Below are positions 1 to 12,195 of a stretch of DNA of 33,724 bases, one piece after another. Both the position numbers and the translations under genes were made by a program. Position 1 is the stretch's first letter. Each line of letters starts with the position of its first letter. The notes below the pieces were generated by a model. It saw nothing but the letters and a program-made list of their open reading frames with translations. It ran no database searches and was not told the origin of the DNA. Origin of the DNA: Trichoplax sp. H2 (lineage: Eukaryota); the NCBI GenBank assembly GCA_003344405.1, contig NOWV01000011.1, forward strand, positions 992,001 through 1,025,724. Direction: 5' to 3'.

Positions 1-558
1 ACTAAAATAATTTTGGTAGTAATTCTGTCTTTATGTAGAAAATGTAACAGTCAAAAATTTCCCGATACTATAATAGCTAAAATTCTACAGATTATATTTA
101 TTTATTGTATGCAGCTGATGGATTTTTATCGTACATATAGATAATGGATTGTGACAATTCTTCCGAATATCATTTACTATTTCTAACTTGAGCAATATGA
201 CAATTCTTTAATTATACTGTATGGATTATATCTCTATAATTAGTAAGAAGTATTCTTTCTTACATACGTCCTATTAAAGCTAATAACGATTTTCAATCTA
301 TACTGCAGTGAGATTCTGTATACTATATACTGTATTGTCTCGTTTTGCATATAGTTAATGATTGCAAAGGTTCCAATTTAGATGCAATAATTCTTAATCA
401 TATTATTTTCGTCGCTAACTATTCGTAATCTTTAGATTCGTTGGTATCGTGAGGGTGACGTCGATCCGAAATTTTTAAAACTTATCTACTATAACACATT
501 TGTACTGTTACTGTTTTGCTTCTCATGTAACTTGTACGCCTTTAATGTGAAATTTTAA
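1..558 (+). CDS. TMEM243: TMEM243 (C7orf23)-like small membrane protein, 3' partial: putative exon end 1-15 plus terminal exon 436-558
   Basis: Acceptor tctttag|ATT at 436 opens IRWYREGDVDPKFLKLIYYNTFVLLLFCFSCNLYAFNVKF* (TAA 556-558). This matches the TMEM243 C-terminus as I recall it (human IYWYRQGDLEPKFRKLIYYIIFSIIMLCICANLYFHDVGR). Bases 1-15 read TKIIL followed by a GT donor, aligning with human TACIL in phase 0; this upstream piece is less certain. Confidence 0.85.
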
Positions 559-681
559 ATTAAATGTAGAACCCGATTTGCTATAAAAGATCTATATATT
601 ATTAGATGAAACGCTATAATAATTAATTCACCTAGAAAAAATGAATATGAAACAAAGTTACTACTGTTTCAGAATTAATTT

Positions 682-890
682 TCACTTGTTTTAATATCTA
701 CAGTAATGTGTAAAAACTGGTTTGCTTACAGATCATATTTATCAACATATTCCGTACTAATTCATGATAATATTGAGTAATCTATGACCATTTCCACACT
801 CGTTTTAATATCTGATGTGTAAAAAGCTGGTCTACCGAAAAATTATCAATATATCTCATGCTACTTCATGGTAATAATTACTAGTCATGA
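682..890. repeat. Diverged 2-copy tandem duplication, period ~114 bp
   Basis: gttttaatatct...atgtgtaaaaa(g)ctgg...ttatcaa(c/t)atat...ttcatg(a/g)taata recurs with anchors at 688 and 802. Confidence 0.7.
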
Positions 891-1914
891 GTATCGTTTA
901 TTTTTAGATTCAGTTTACTTTATAATGTAAATGCAATAATGATAATAGTATTGCCTTATTATCATAATGAATTTGGACTTGTAAGCATACTCGTATAAAG
1001 ATCGCATAATCTTCAAAACTATCTTGAATTTTACAAATTTAATAGCTAGAACTTAACCCATTTAAATTCTAGAATATATCAGAATGCAAAGTCATGGATA
1101 ATTTGGATGTTTATGCTCAAACTTTGTTTATATATATCAATAGGATGTCATACTCTAGCTTCTACATTTTGTTTGCAATAAGCCCCATTTAATAGAGCAT
1201 ATTTGGGTAGCTGACATTGTATAATTAATTTTTAGAAAGATCGAAATTGTCTTTAATGTAACCCTGATGATTTAACTACAATCAGTTGATACAAACATAA
1301 TTATTGCTGCGATAGATAAAAGTTTCATAGTATAAAATATTACACTATTTATTCGCTATAAAATTGATGAAAGCCCGCTTTCGCCAAAGTTGTCATTACA
1401 TTTGTTACAAAGATAGACAAAATTTATCTTAAATAAAACTTGACCATATTAAATTATACATAACTGCGAAAATAAAATGACATCCAAGCGTATTACAGAA
1501 TTTGTTTTGCTAAAGTCTTTTGGTCTATATTCAACACAGCAACAATAAGCATATAATTATTAAAGCTAAAATAATATACAGTATCACCATAAGGATGATT
1601 AAAAATTTTGATTCTGCTAATAAGACCGTTATCAGACATGTAATTATGATATATTTACAATATACATGGTATAGTCTTTACTTGCCCTCATGTCTCATGT
1701 CTCCCTATACTTACCCTCATGCCTTCATGTATTCAAAATTACAGAAATAATTTAAAAAAAACTCAAAGTATCCTTCAGGCAAGTCACAAGATATAATAAC
1801 TACAAATATTTCCTATTCTGACATTAGAGACCAACGTACATACACTAGTTAAATAAATAAAATTGTATTGTATACGGTCATAAGCATGGTATCTGTCACA
1901 TTTGTTAAATCACC

Positions 1915-1920
1915 TTTATT
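1915..1920 (-). promoter_or_regulatory. Candidate polyadenylation signal AATAAA
   Basis: tttatt on + at 1915-1920 reads AATAAA on -, about 34 nt after the TGA of the 1954-2365 exon. The hexamer is common in AT-rich DNA. Confidence 0.4.
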
Positions 1921-1953
1921 ATGATAGCTAACTTTATCTTCTTTGGTTATAAA

Positions 1954-2365
1954 TCAAGCTTGATTGTATTGGCTTTCTAATGTATGGTCATCAGTGGTAC
2001 AGTTTAAAAATTTCGTATCAATATTTTCAGAATTGCTATTTATCTCTTCTGCTGAATCAGTAGCAATGACTACATGATGATCTACAGCTGTTGCTGTTAA
2101 CGAAGGACTTTTATTCTCAGCATTACGTGAACATTCAGAGCCAGAAATTTTACTCAACTGAGAGCTTAAATTTGTTGATATCTCATCTAAGTGATCGGTA
2201 CGTAAACTATCAATATGATGTTGGATTAATGTACGCGTATTCGTATGACTAGGAGCAAAATCTATTGCAGCATTTGAATTCTTGATAGCATGCCTATTAC
2301 TGGTATTTTCTTCTTGATAAAGACAAGATTCAAAGTCCTCTATTCTGATATTTGTATCTTTTCGC
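1954..2365 (-). CDS. Orphan terminal coding exon (~137 codons), Ser/Asn/Thr/acidic-rich and probably disordered; parent gene unresolved
   Basis: The frame of track ORF 1954-2157 stays open upstream to a tag|G acceptor at 2365 (phase 2): RKDTNIRIEDFESCLYQEENTSNRHAIK...LESQYNQA*. About 410 nt without a stop is unusual for such AT-rich DNA, and AATAAA follows. Confidence 0.6.
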
Positions 2366-4440
2366 CTACTTTTCGTTTTTATAAATAAATCAATAAATCA
2401 ATGTTATTATATATATATATATTATATTATTACAATATAATTACAATTACTATATGATACGAAAACAATTGGTGTTGCAAACATTTTGAAATCTTAATAT
2501 AGTTGCAGCGATTCTTAACCATCAAGTAAAAGCTTAATGAAGATCTCTTAATGTTTATTTTAACCATGTTAAGCGGATAATTCAATGAAACGTTAATCAC
2601 TAAAACTTAAATACTAAATTATAATTTTAAGTCGTACCAGAATATTGTAAGTAAGTTAAACGTGGAAGATGGATAATTTTCCTGTCTGACGTATCAACAA
2701 CACAATTTATAAAAGCTGCTGCAACATGACCAAAATCATCTCCTTCCATATTAATTCATATTAATTCGGCGTTGACCATTCATATTCTGAATTCACGAAA
2801 TAGGAGTTATATTTTAACAGCTAAAATAACGCAAAAGCCGAAATTACATGAAAACGTTAAAGATGCTCCAATGTGACTTGGCAAAATTGACCCATCTATC
2901 AATGAATAATTGTCATTAATAGTAAATAATAATATGGCTGCTTGTTTGTAGGGTATATCAATAAATTATTTTCTATCCATATTAATGAATACAGAGGTAT
3001 TGATTATACTCATATATATATTATCGAAACCTTGCATGCATATATCAAGCTAATAATCGCCAATCTTATTGCATAATAGAACATCAAGATACATACTCAT
3101 CTAGGCATACAGTACATCGTCGTAGCAAGACTATGTTAACTTGGTTCATATCGATGATGAATACCGAGTGACGCAATTTATGAGCTTATGCACTTGCATT
3201 TGTTTCTTGCTAGGTCAACATCGGCCAGATGTATCTTATGAAGTATTGTTACGTTTATGATGATATACGACATTATAACTCCTTCCGGGTTTATGCAGTG
3301 CAAATGCGTCAGTTTTCAATTTTTGATTGTACTAAACGGTGACGGAGTCGTTTTCTCAATCGAAATTGATTTGCTAATATCGTAATTCCTCGATGCGACA
3401 CGTTTCTATACCAGGAACAACTACAGAAATATTGCCCTAGACCGTATAGTGTATGATGACAAATCTCTTTTAACCTAAATTAGCTCATTTTACTCTCTGT
3501 ACACTATTAATAATAATAATATAGCATGACAGTACGTTTCTTAATGAATTGCAACCGTAAACGTAAGCCAACTTAGATATTTTAAGACACTCATTTGCAA
3601 TTACAACATGAAAGTATATCTGTACACTCCAGTATAGGTGATCAATGAGTTTCTAAGTCATGCAAGAAATAAACTATGACCTCAATTTCAAAACGGCTAC
3701 GACGATAGATTAATAGACAACTATGGAAATAAATTTATCCTATCAACTCCATTAATTATCACCTACACACCTAGGGTGAGAATTTTGCTATTTTGGATTG
3801 TCATTGCCATGGAGCTTGCCTATTCTCTCTCTTCTTATATTGAAAGATCTCTATTTAATAATCCAATCAACGGAGTACAACATTATTGTTTAAGCATGTG
3901 ATAGCTCTATAATACCAAGTCAAGGGTGCAGAATCAACCTCTGACATTTCACAACCAATTATTAGGATAGAAATGACGATTTACTTCGATTATGTTGGAG
4001 AAAGGGAAGAAAGCTTTGCCTCCCCTCAAGATGCAAGTCCTTCTAGCCATCGTCCGACCAAAGGACGTCCGTAACTATTTTAAGTGACCTTCAAGTCTGC
4101 AACTGCTCCTACTGTACTACTATACCATGTCCCAAACGACACTTCATTCTATACTGTGTTTGACTAATTTGTTGGCGCTAGTAGCGCCTCTCTTTAGAGA
4201 CTTCCAGACAGAAGGACAGCCAAGCCAGGTCTTCGCGCTACACTACACTGCATGATTTTTTTCTTTTCTCGGTCTGGGATCTGTTATGCGCGATACTGTA
4301 CGGGTGGTGCAGTAAGCAACTACTTCGTCCCTCTCCTTGAATATGGATGGATGGAGAATCCGAGAGGTAATCCACTTCCATCCATGCAGAAACCCCACGG
4401 AAATAGACTTTAATTAAGCTATTAAGCTACGATTGAGGAT

Positions 4441-4665
4441 ATAAATTGCAACTATTTGGAAAGATGATGATTGTGTTTTGCTTTCATAATCAATGTTGTT
4501 TTCCGGTGTTATAAACTACTGCAAGAGATGAAACAGTAGCTTCACGGAAAACAGAATCGAATGTTCAATATACTAAAACTATAAACCGCAACACTTGATG
4601 GATGAGATTCTGTTTTACTTTCGAAATCGATTTTATTTTGCGGTATGATGAACTACTGCAAGAGA
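4441..4665. repeat. Diverged 2-copy tandem duplication, period ~140 bp
   Basis: ataaa..gcaac...gatga...tgtttt(g/a)ctttc...aactactgcaagaga at 4441-4528 and 4581-4665. Confidence 0.65.
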
Positions 4666-6353
4666 CTGAACCAATTGAAACCATACGGCAGATACTGTTA
4701 TATGACTTTTAGTAGTTAATCTTCGAAATCTTAAAATTGAAAATCATCGGAGGTCCTTGAGAAATACACTTTCTCCAAAACATAGGCGTTGACCCAGCGT
4801 AGATATTGGTATAGGTTACCGTCATTGAATAGCTCAGTAAACTGTAGGTAATAAAGGAGCTTCCCTATGTGCTAAAAGTTGTTCCATTAGCCTAGGACAA
4901 TCCTCAATCCATCTTAGTCGATCTTAATTAAGTAAAAGTTATTTCTTGAGCCAAGTTGAGCGTATGCGTTTCCCTTTTAAAATCCCTCACAACGTGACTC
5001 GCGCGGTATGCGAGGCAATGTCCATGCAGAAGAGAGTTATACTCGTATATACAGTATATCTATCACTAACTACAAGTAACATTAAAAGCGTATTCACATA
5101 ATATTTTAAAAATGTTTTAATAAGGCATAATATTGACAGACTGCTAAAAGACTTTGATATAACGGATAATTTGCTATGCCACATCTAGTATAAAGTATTT
5201 TCCACCTGAATTTTTCACGATAGTATAATGTAGTTGAGACTCCACAACAGTCTTTCTCATACCTTTACTTTTGGCTCTGTTTTGTTAAAACATCCATTGT
5301 ACAAACACTATTTATAATTTACATGCTTCTCCAAAGTCTCAATAATGTGTCATCTAAACAAAGTAACGGAGAATATTTTCATATTAGCCATCGATCTGTT
5401 AGTTTGAGTTTAGAACGGGAATATACATCTAGAATAAGATAGTAGTATGACTATCATACGTATTGTGCATGATATAGTTTAAATAGCCAGGGGAAAAAAG
5501 GATACATTATACTCCTACCTTATAGTGTTTTGCAACGAATAACAACTTGTGTAAAATAGAAATGTTACGCCTAAACAGAAATATCTTCACAACAGGAATA
5601 AGCGCGTTCTAAATTTCGTTCGACCATGCATGCTGCGCATACACTGATGGCTAACACCATCTAGTTGACTTATGACAGCGAATAGCATAAAAATTGGCTT
5701 ACTTCAACAGGAATAGATATTTTATTGCACAGTAGACGTTATAAATTTTTTAATCAGTTAATAGGACGAAACGTATCTCAACTTAGTTGATGCATCTTCT
5801 TTAAAGTACAGTAAACAGCTTATCGTATTCGGAAATGACATGTTTATATGAAACTTAGATGCCTAAAGCAAAAAAAACTGCATGATATCAACTTTTTATG
5901 AACAAGTCTTTGCTACAGCGTCACATAGAAGTGATCCATACTTGAACCTACCGTTAACGCGATAGCAGGAAGTTCCATTTTACTATGCATGAAATACACA
6001 AAGGCTGTCGTCTTAGTTTCATGTAAAGGCAAACATATACAAATTTTTTTAGCATATTGATAATGGTACTGTAACGGTTTAATATCTTGAAATTTTAATC
6101 GTATAACATGATTGCATAAAGCCAGTAATACGCACATAAATAAACTGCGTAAAAAGTCTTAATTATAAATATCTAGATAATAACAGTAAGATTGTTGTTG
6201 TCATTTCCAATACGCACTATAATAACCATATCATTTATATTATAGAAAATTTTGAGTCATAAATTATTAAATATCAGTATGATACAAGATGCATCAAAAA
6301 TTCAAGAAAGATTTAATAAATATAACATAAATCGTGTCAATAAAACTTGATGT

Positions 6354-9300
6354 CTACTCTTCTATCGGCGATGATTTCATCGTGGCATTATTATCACTGT
6401 CTTTTACTATTTCTTTTGCCTTCACAGGTTTTTGTGTATCCAGCCTGTCACTAATAATAAATTAATTAGATAAATATCGAAGATTTGAAATATTTAATAA
6501 AACATGCTCTTAATTACATAATAACGGTATACCCAAGCGTTACCAAATGCTGACTACAACAGATGGTATGCACTGATCTTTTTACTAGTTTTAAGGTCAG
6601 CTGATAATGAAGACCATGTCAAGATATTGTAGACAAAATAATTTCACAAATTTTTTACCTCTTATCGCTCATTAGGCCATCTTTATCGAGACTGTTGCTA
6701 TATCTGATTGCAGTACTTGTAATGCTGGATAATTTCGGTGAATGGTGTTCACTACATAGATGGTAATTAAATCATAAATTTTAAAATTTATTATATTGAT
6801 TTATACGCCTATAGGAATATGAAAACATTTAATATAGGGAAAAGTTACTAATGGTAGAAGCCTTTTGACTTATTTTTAAGGCTACTACTATGAGATCATG
6901 TTCCATTCATGACGAATAAATGGATTCATTCATACTTACATTTTCCTTTTACGATTATCGCTACCGTTAAAAGTCCATACGGCTCCGTTTAAAGTCTCCA
7001 CGCGCACAAAGCATTGCTGTATCGATAAATTATGTCTAACAGCGTTCTATTATCAATAAATATATCAATTATCTTATCAAATTCATATAATGGCGCGATC
7101 AAGTAAACACTAAAGCTTTATGCCGTTAAAATGTATCAGTATGTATTGCGACTCAAAATTAAACGTCTTTCATATTTTTATTTTATTCATTATGCCCATT
7201 TACTATAAACGTAATCAACCTTCCAAGTAGCGGCATCTTCTTTATTTCTGAAGTATTTAAAGTGAGCAACAAACCAATTATAAATTTCACTTAGTGATAA
7301 CTGCTGATGCGGCGATTCTATAATTGCCTTAAAGAATAACACCACAATCATTAGCGTTAGCATGCATAACAAAATGAAAGCGCAATTAAAAATATCTAAC
7401 TGGTATCAGGTAGTATCTACTGTATGTTATACTCATCGAAATGTCTTACTTGACGAATCATTGATGCATACGTAAATGGAGGGCGTTGATCATGAAGCTG
7501 ATAATAATTTCGAGCTTTTTCTAATTCTACAATTTATAAGACAAAATATTTGTTCACAATATCGTTCGCAAATGAAATACCGTAAGGTTAAAATGTAGTC
7601 CATGCAAAATATAACGTCTTACACAAAGAAATACCTGACGTAATATCGCGAACTTCTAACTGATTTTTCCCGTGTCTTTTTCGACGAGGTATGATTGGTT
7701 CCTGTGATTTAGAAACTGGAGAATGTAAAGCTCCAAATGCAACATTCGATGGCGTGTAGTAAGGATATGAGTATCCAAATTGTGGCATTTGTTGTATTGG
7801 CTGAAGCTTTTGTCCTTGCATTTCCTCCATCTTAAAATAAAAATTCATAATGTAATGCATATACAATTCTTCTATAGCAGGTAACAGTAAATGTTCGTTG
7901 TTAGGGAGATATCATTGCTATAGAAACCTGAGCAGTGGTAAGCTGTGAAAGTGTTGGTAAGACTTGTGCATTATTAATATTTTGATGCATGGCATAGTCG
8001 AGTGAATGAATTGGTGAGTACTACAATAACGGTTTATAATTAATTATTAATATGTTAAAATAATATAACGTATTTATATGACCGTAAAATGTGTATTAGA
8101 TCAGGGTTAACCAATAGTTTTACTAATTGAAAAAGTAGGTATATTTAAAGTGTAAAACACCTAAAAAGTTTTACCGGGGATACTTGTAAATGTTTAGTCA
8201 TTGCTATCATTCGTTGTCTCTCTTTCAGTAGCTAAAATAATTGGTTTAAGATAACATTTATTTACAAGTTGATTGAAAAAAATTTTGTATTTTAAAGTTA
8301 TGTAATTTTACGATAAATAAGTTAGCAGGACCTGGGATTCTAATATGGAAACAACTTGAATTTGAACTCTAGTTTGAGCAGTGCTTCTATCATCTAATTT
8401 ATGATCCGTATTCAAATGCCTTATAAATAGACAAGACATAATAAAAATTCGATATTATGTTGTAAATTTCGGCAATAGTTTGTAAAATTTTAATAATGGT
8501 CATGCTATCCTTTTAAGAATACAGACAGTATACTTACCGTAAAAATTCATCAAACGTTTTTATCATTGTTTCACAGCCTGGCCATTGACAAATTTCGTTA
8601 TGGTATAAATCATGACGTTTATTATTTATGAAAATATCGAACATCAGACAGCAATTAACTGATGAAATGATAATGTAAAGGATTTCACCCCAAAAAAGAA
8701 AAAAACTTAGATTTGTTCTAATGTCTTTTATTTTTGAAAAGTCAAGATATAGCATATCATGACAACAAGTCGTTCGACAAGATGTGTGTAAAAAATACAT
8801 ACAGGGAGAGGAAGACGATGCAGATGATGGTACTGTTGAATTCCTGCTCCATTAAAAAATAAAAAATTAAAAACATTAAACATTCTAAAAGATTTTACTG
8901 TACACATCAAATTGTAGTCTAAATTAATAACAAATTTACAGTACTAACAAATGATCAAATCTTTCCAGTGTCTTATCATGCAAAATAAACAATTATTAAT
9001 GATATACGAGCATTTATGAAGATGTAGCTAAATAGACTACAAGGATACCTCTATCAATCTATCTAAATGTATATCGTTGTGTGTGTGTGTGTTATAACTG
9101 TTTGGTACAATTTTGACATTATCTAATAAAAATATTTTTTTCTCCACCTACCTATTATCGTAAGTAATAGTAGTAGAAGAATGCGATGGATCTAATATCG
9201 ATCCCTGAAGTAAGGGATTATTTCGCATATCGGAATTCACAATACTTCCGCTTACGCCATGTTGATTAATTTTACCATAGTTCATTGATGTAGAATTACC

Positions 9301-10027
9301 TGTGAGCATTCACAATAATAACATTTGAAAGAATTAATTTTCACATCAACTATTCTTGATAAATGAATAATATTTGAGCGATATTATCAACGTAAAGTTT
9401 TGCAATTCTAGGTGATACCGACTTAGATGTCCTTATATTTTTTCTTTAATAACATGTTCAAAGCGATATAAGAGTACAGCGTGATAGACTTATCTGAAAT
9501 GACTACTTACCCATCCAATTTGGTAAAATAGTAGTACTCTTTACAGATGAATCATGACCATGATCATCAGATATGCCATCTTTAATATCCTTCACTTCTA
9601 AAGTTAATCGTTTACGATCCTTAACTTTATCACCACTTTTAACTTCTTTAGTTTGATACTGTCCTGGTTGTTCTTTAACTCCTGAGGTTTCATTAATATT
9701 GAAATTATCTTTATCATTTTTTTTATTTTCGCATAAATCATAAGTATGCTGAGAATGAGGTGTTAACTTGGCTTGATTAATTCCATAGCCATGGCTGTTT
9801 TTTATCCCCTCTTCATCCATGCTACCACCATCACTACCACTACTGATATGATTGTTATCGGTATCGCTTCCTTCAGCAAATCGAATTCGTGTAGGATGTG
9901 AATTTTTTCGTTGTTTACTTGTTGTATGACAAATATCTGTAAAAGGCGCCGATCGCTTTAACGATTCTTTAGTAGTGGTATCCCATGGTTTAGTATTGCG
10001 AAACATATCATATCGTTTGGTTGCCAT
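6354..10027 (-). CDS. FoxP: Forkhead box P transcription factor, 13 coding exons, ~580 aa
   Basis: Phase-consistent GT-AG exons: 10027-9511, 9299-9152, 8843-8803, 8658-8538, 8419-8332, 8231-8175, 8020-7928, 7830-7635, 7526-7450, 7327-7220, 7046-6940, 6751-6659, 6450-6354 (1743 nt, ending TAG). Encodes the FoxP-diagnostic C2H2 finger and zipper [62 protein letters not shown], and the forkhead [31 protein letters not shown]...[30 protein letters not shown]. An in-frame TAA lies upstream of ATG 10027. Non-conserved linker and terminal exons are less certain than the domain exons. Confidence 0.95.
6940..7526 (-). other. FoxP: FoxP forkhead (winged-helix) domain exons
   Basis: Three exons (7526-7450, 7327-7220, 7046-6940) with introns at RQ|AI and WK|NA. 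The recognition helix NAVRHNLS is intact. Confidence 0.95.
8175..8658 (-). other. FoxP: FoxP C2H2 zinc finger and leucine zipper exons
   Basis: CQWPGC-x12-HLNTDH followed by [21 protein letters not shown], across exons 8658-8538, 8419-8332 and 8231-8175. Confidence 0.95.
9078..9091. repeat. (TG)7 microsatellite in FoxP intron 2
   Basis: tgtgtgtgtgtgtg read directly. Confidence 0.8.
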
Positions 10028-12010
10028 AAGACCGTAATTTTTTTACTTTTTTTAGTAACTAAATCTTGTAAAGAAAGAGTAATAAATAAATCATTAATTG
10101 CAATTAGTATTATACCATATATTCCAACGATTAAGATATTAAAAATACAGGCATTAAAGTAATTAAATCTTTATATCTGTATGTAATAAAATCTTTTTAC
10201 CCAAAATTTTTAATGTTTTTTGTTTTGTTAACATACTAATTTTCAAGTGGTAATATAAAAAATTGCATTACTAGATGAGCAGAATAGTTACAAGTGTAGA
10301 TAGGTGTTCCAAGTGAAAATAGATATGAATAAATAGCCATAGTACTGTTATTTTATTTTACAGTTAGAAATTTTTTGTATTGTATTGATAGATAGGTGGC
10401 TACAAATATGAGTGTAAGTGCATGATCCAAAGTGAAATAGACAAGGATCAATACTCATAATACCATTCTCGCTGTTTTGTATTTAATTTCTATTTGTATT
10501 ATTCTTGTTATCTCTTAAAAGTGATTTCACCAATCAATGCAATGACATTTTTTCCCCATTGCACAATACCAATCTCTACACTAGTAACAAAAAGCACCAG
10601 ATAAAGCGTAGAATGACAACGATATCATAATAAGTAAGACACTTTAGAATGTCTTCTGTTCACTTATTATATCACACATCCAATCAAGTCTGTAGCTATG
10701 CATGTACACACATAGCCTATTATTCCCTACCATGTTCACTACTATAAATGATTTTATTATCCTATTTTCAATACGAAGGAAAGCTATCTAACCGATTTTT
10801 TAATATTATTTCCCAATAATGTTCTTGTCATCTCCCCCTCCTATTATTGTAATTGAATTGTCTTTTTGACATACATTAAAAATTCAGTCAATACAGAAAT
10901 AGCCATACATATCAATCCGTTGTAAATATAATGATAGCAGAATGTCGTATTGTTTGTGTAAAATTCAAAGTCCACATCAGGCATAACTTTCGAATGCCAT
11001 CGGCTATAATACTTTGCACATGCATAGATAGACGTACAACATAGACAGACGTACAGCGTAAAACAATTATACACACAATATACTTTACTAATGTATAGTT
11101 ATACGTATAAAGTACCAACATTCCCACAACTATACATGCACATATGCAATCCATATGTATGTGCATTATACATTGTAGGATTGTAAGGACAGTTTGAATT
11201 TTGTATTATAATTGATAAAAAAGTATAAAATTCTTGGATCAATCTTTTCGTTAATCCTGAAATCTCTGAGTAGGTACAAATTTGAAGATTAATTTAGGGC
11301 TTATAAACTAAAAGCTATCATCGTCTTCCTATTTACATTAGCAAAAAAAAAGAGGAATTTTTGATAAAGTCAATTTTACGCAATTGTCTTTCAACCAGTA
11401 GCAAAATCTTGTCAATGCTATCGATCGATGCCTATTTTATAACGATGAATAGTTGTTTCAACATTTATTTTTTTGCATCCAAATTCTTTTTGGATATTAA
11501 AATTATAACAGTATTCAACATTACCTTATTGAATATGTATACATAAATCTTATTCTTTAAGATGAATTGTCTTCATTTACCTCTTTCCAATAGTCTAAAC
11601 CGCTATTTCTATTTCGTCAAGTATTTGTGGTTTCTATATCTATAAGTACGATATATCTTTATTCTACATTGACCATTTAGCAATGTATGATATAAGACTC
11701 TCTTTTTGAAGTCTTTATACATGTTAAGTAATGTTGAGGAATGTATGGGTAGAATTTTCTAAAGTAAAGAATCTTGAAATGAAGTACAATAAAATAAATA
11801 GAATGAAAACTATTGTGTATCATGTCAAGAGTAATATCACGCAATCTGTTACGAAAGGAAACCTAGGTTGCAACAAAAGGGAAATTAAAAGTTAAAGAAT
11901 AATTTAGATTGATTAGAATTAACAGGGGTATTAAAATGCTATAAAAAGTAGCCAATAGTCCCCTGGTGTTGTCTAAACATATTGCTCAATAATAATTAGG
12001 TAAGGGAGTC

Positions 12011-12195
12011 GTATAATCTCGAGTGATTTCTCCTCCATAAGTTGATATTTCCCCCCCCCCCCAAAAAAAAGAGATCTGCGTATAAACGTACAGTATAATA
12101 TGTACAATCTCAAGTGATTTCTCCTACATAAGTTGATATTTTCCCTCCCCCCCCCCAAAAAAAATAAGAGATCTGCATATAAACGTATAATATGT
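12011..12195. repeat. 2-copy tandem repeat, period ~91 bp, each unit with a poly-C/poly-A tract
   Basis: aatctc(g/a)agtgatttctcct(c/a)cataagttgatattt-Cn-An-gagatctgc(g/a)tataaacgta at 12015 and 12106. Confidence 0.9.

Noticed and set aside
1520-1750. 76-aa plus-strand ORF and other short track ORFs (4987, 5913, 10844, 10912, 11361, 13862, 13885, 19266, 31054)
   Set aside because: Composition typical of random AT-rich frames, with no motifs or splice-consistent partners.
5519-5608. Possible alternative forkhead exon NALIPVVKIFLFRRNISILHKLLFVAKHYK
   Set aside because: Phase 0 and starts with NA, but the likeness to [14 protein letters not shown] needs a large insertion and it lacks the conserved CF and W. 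Probably chance.
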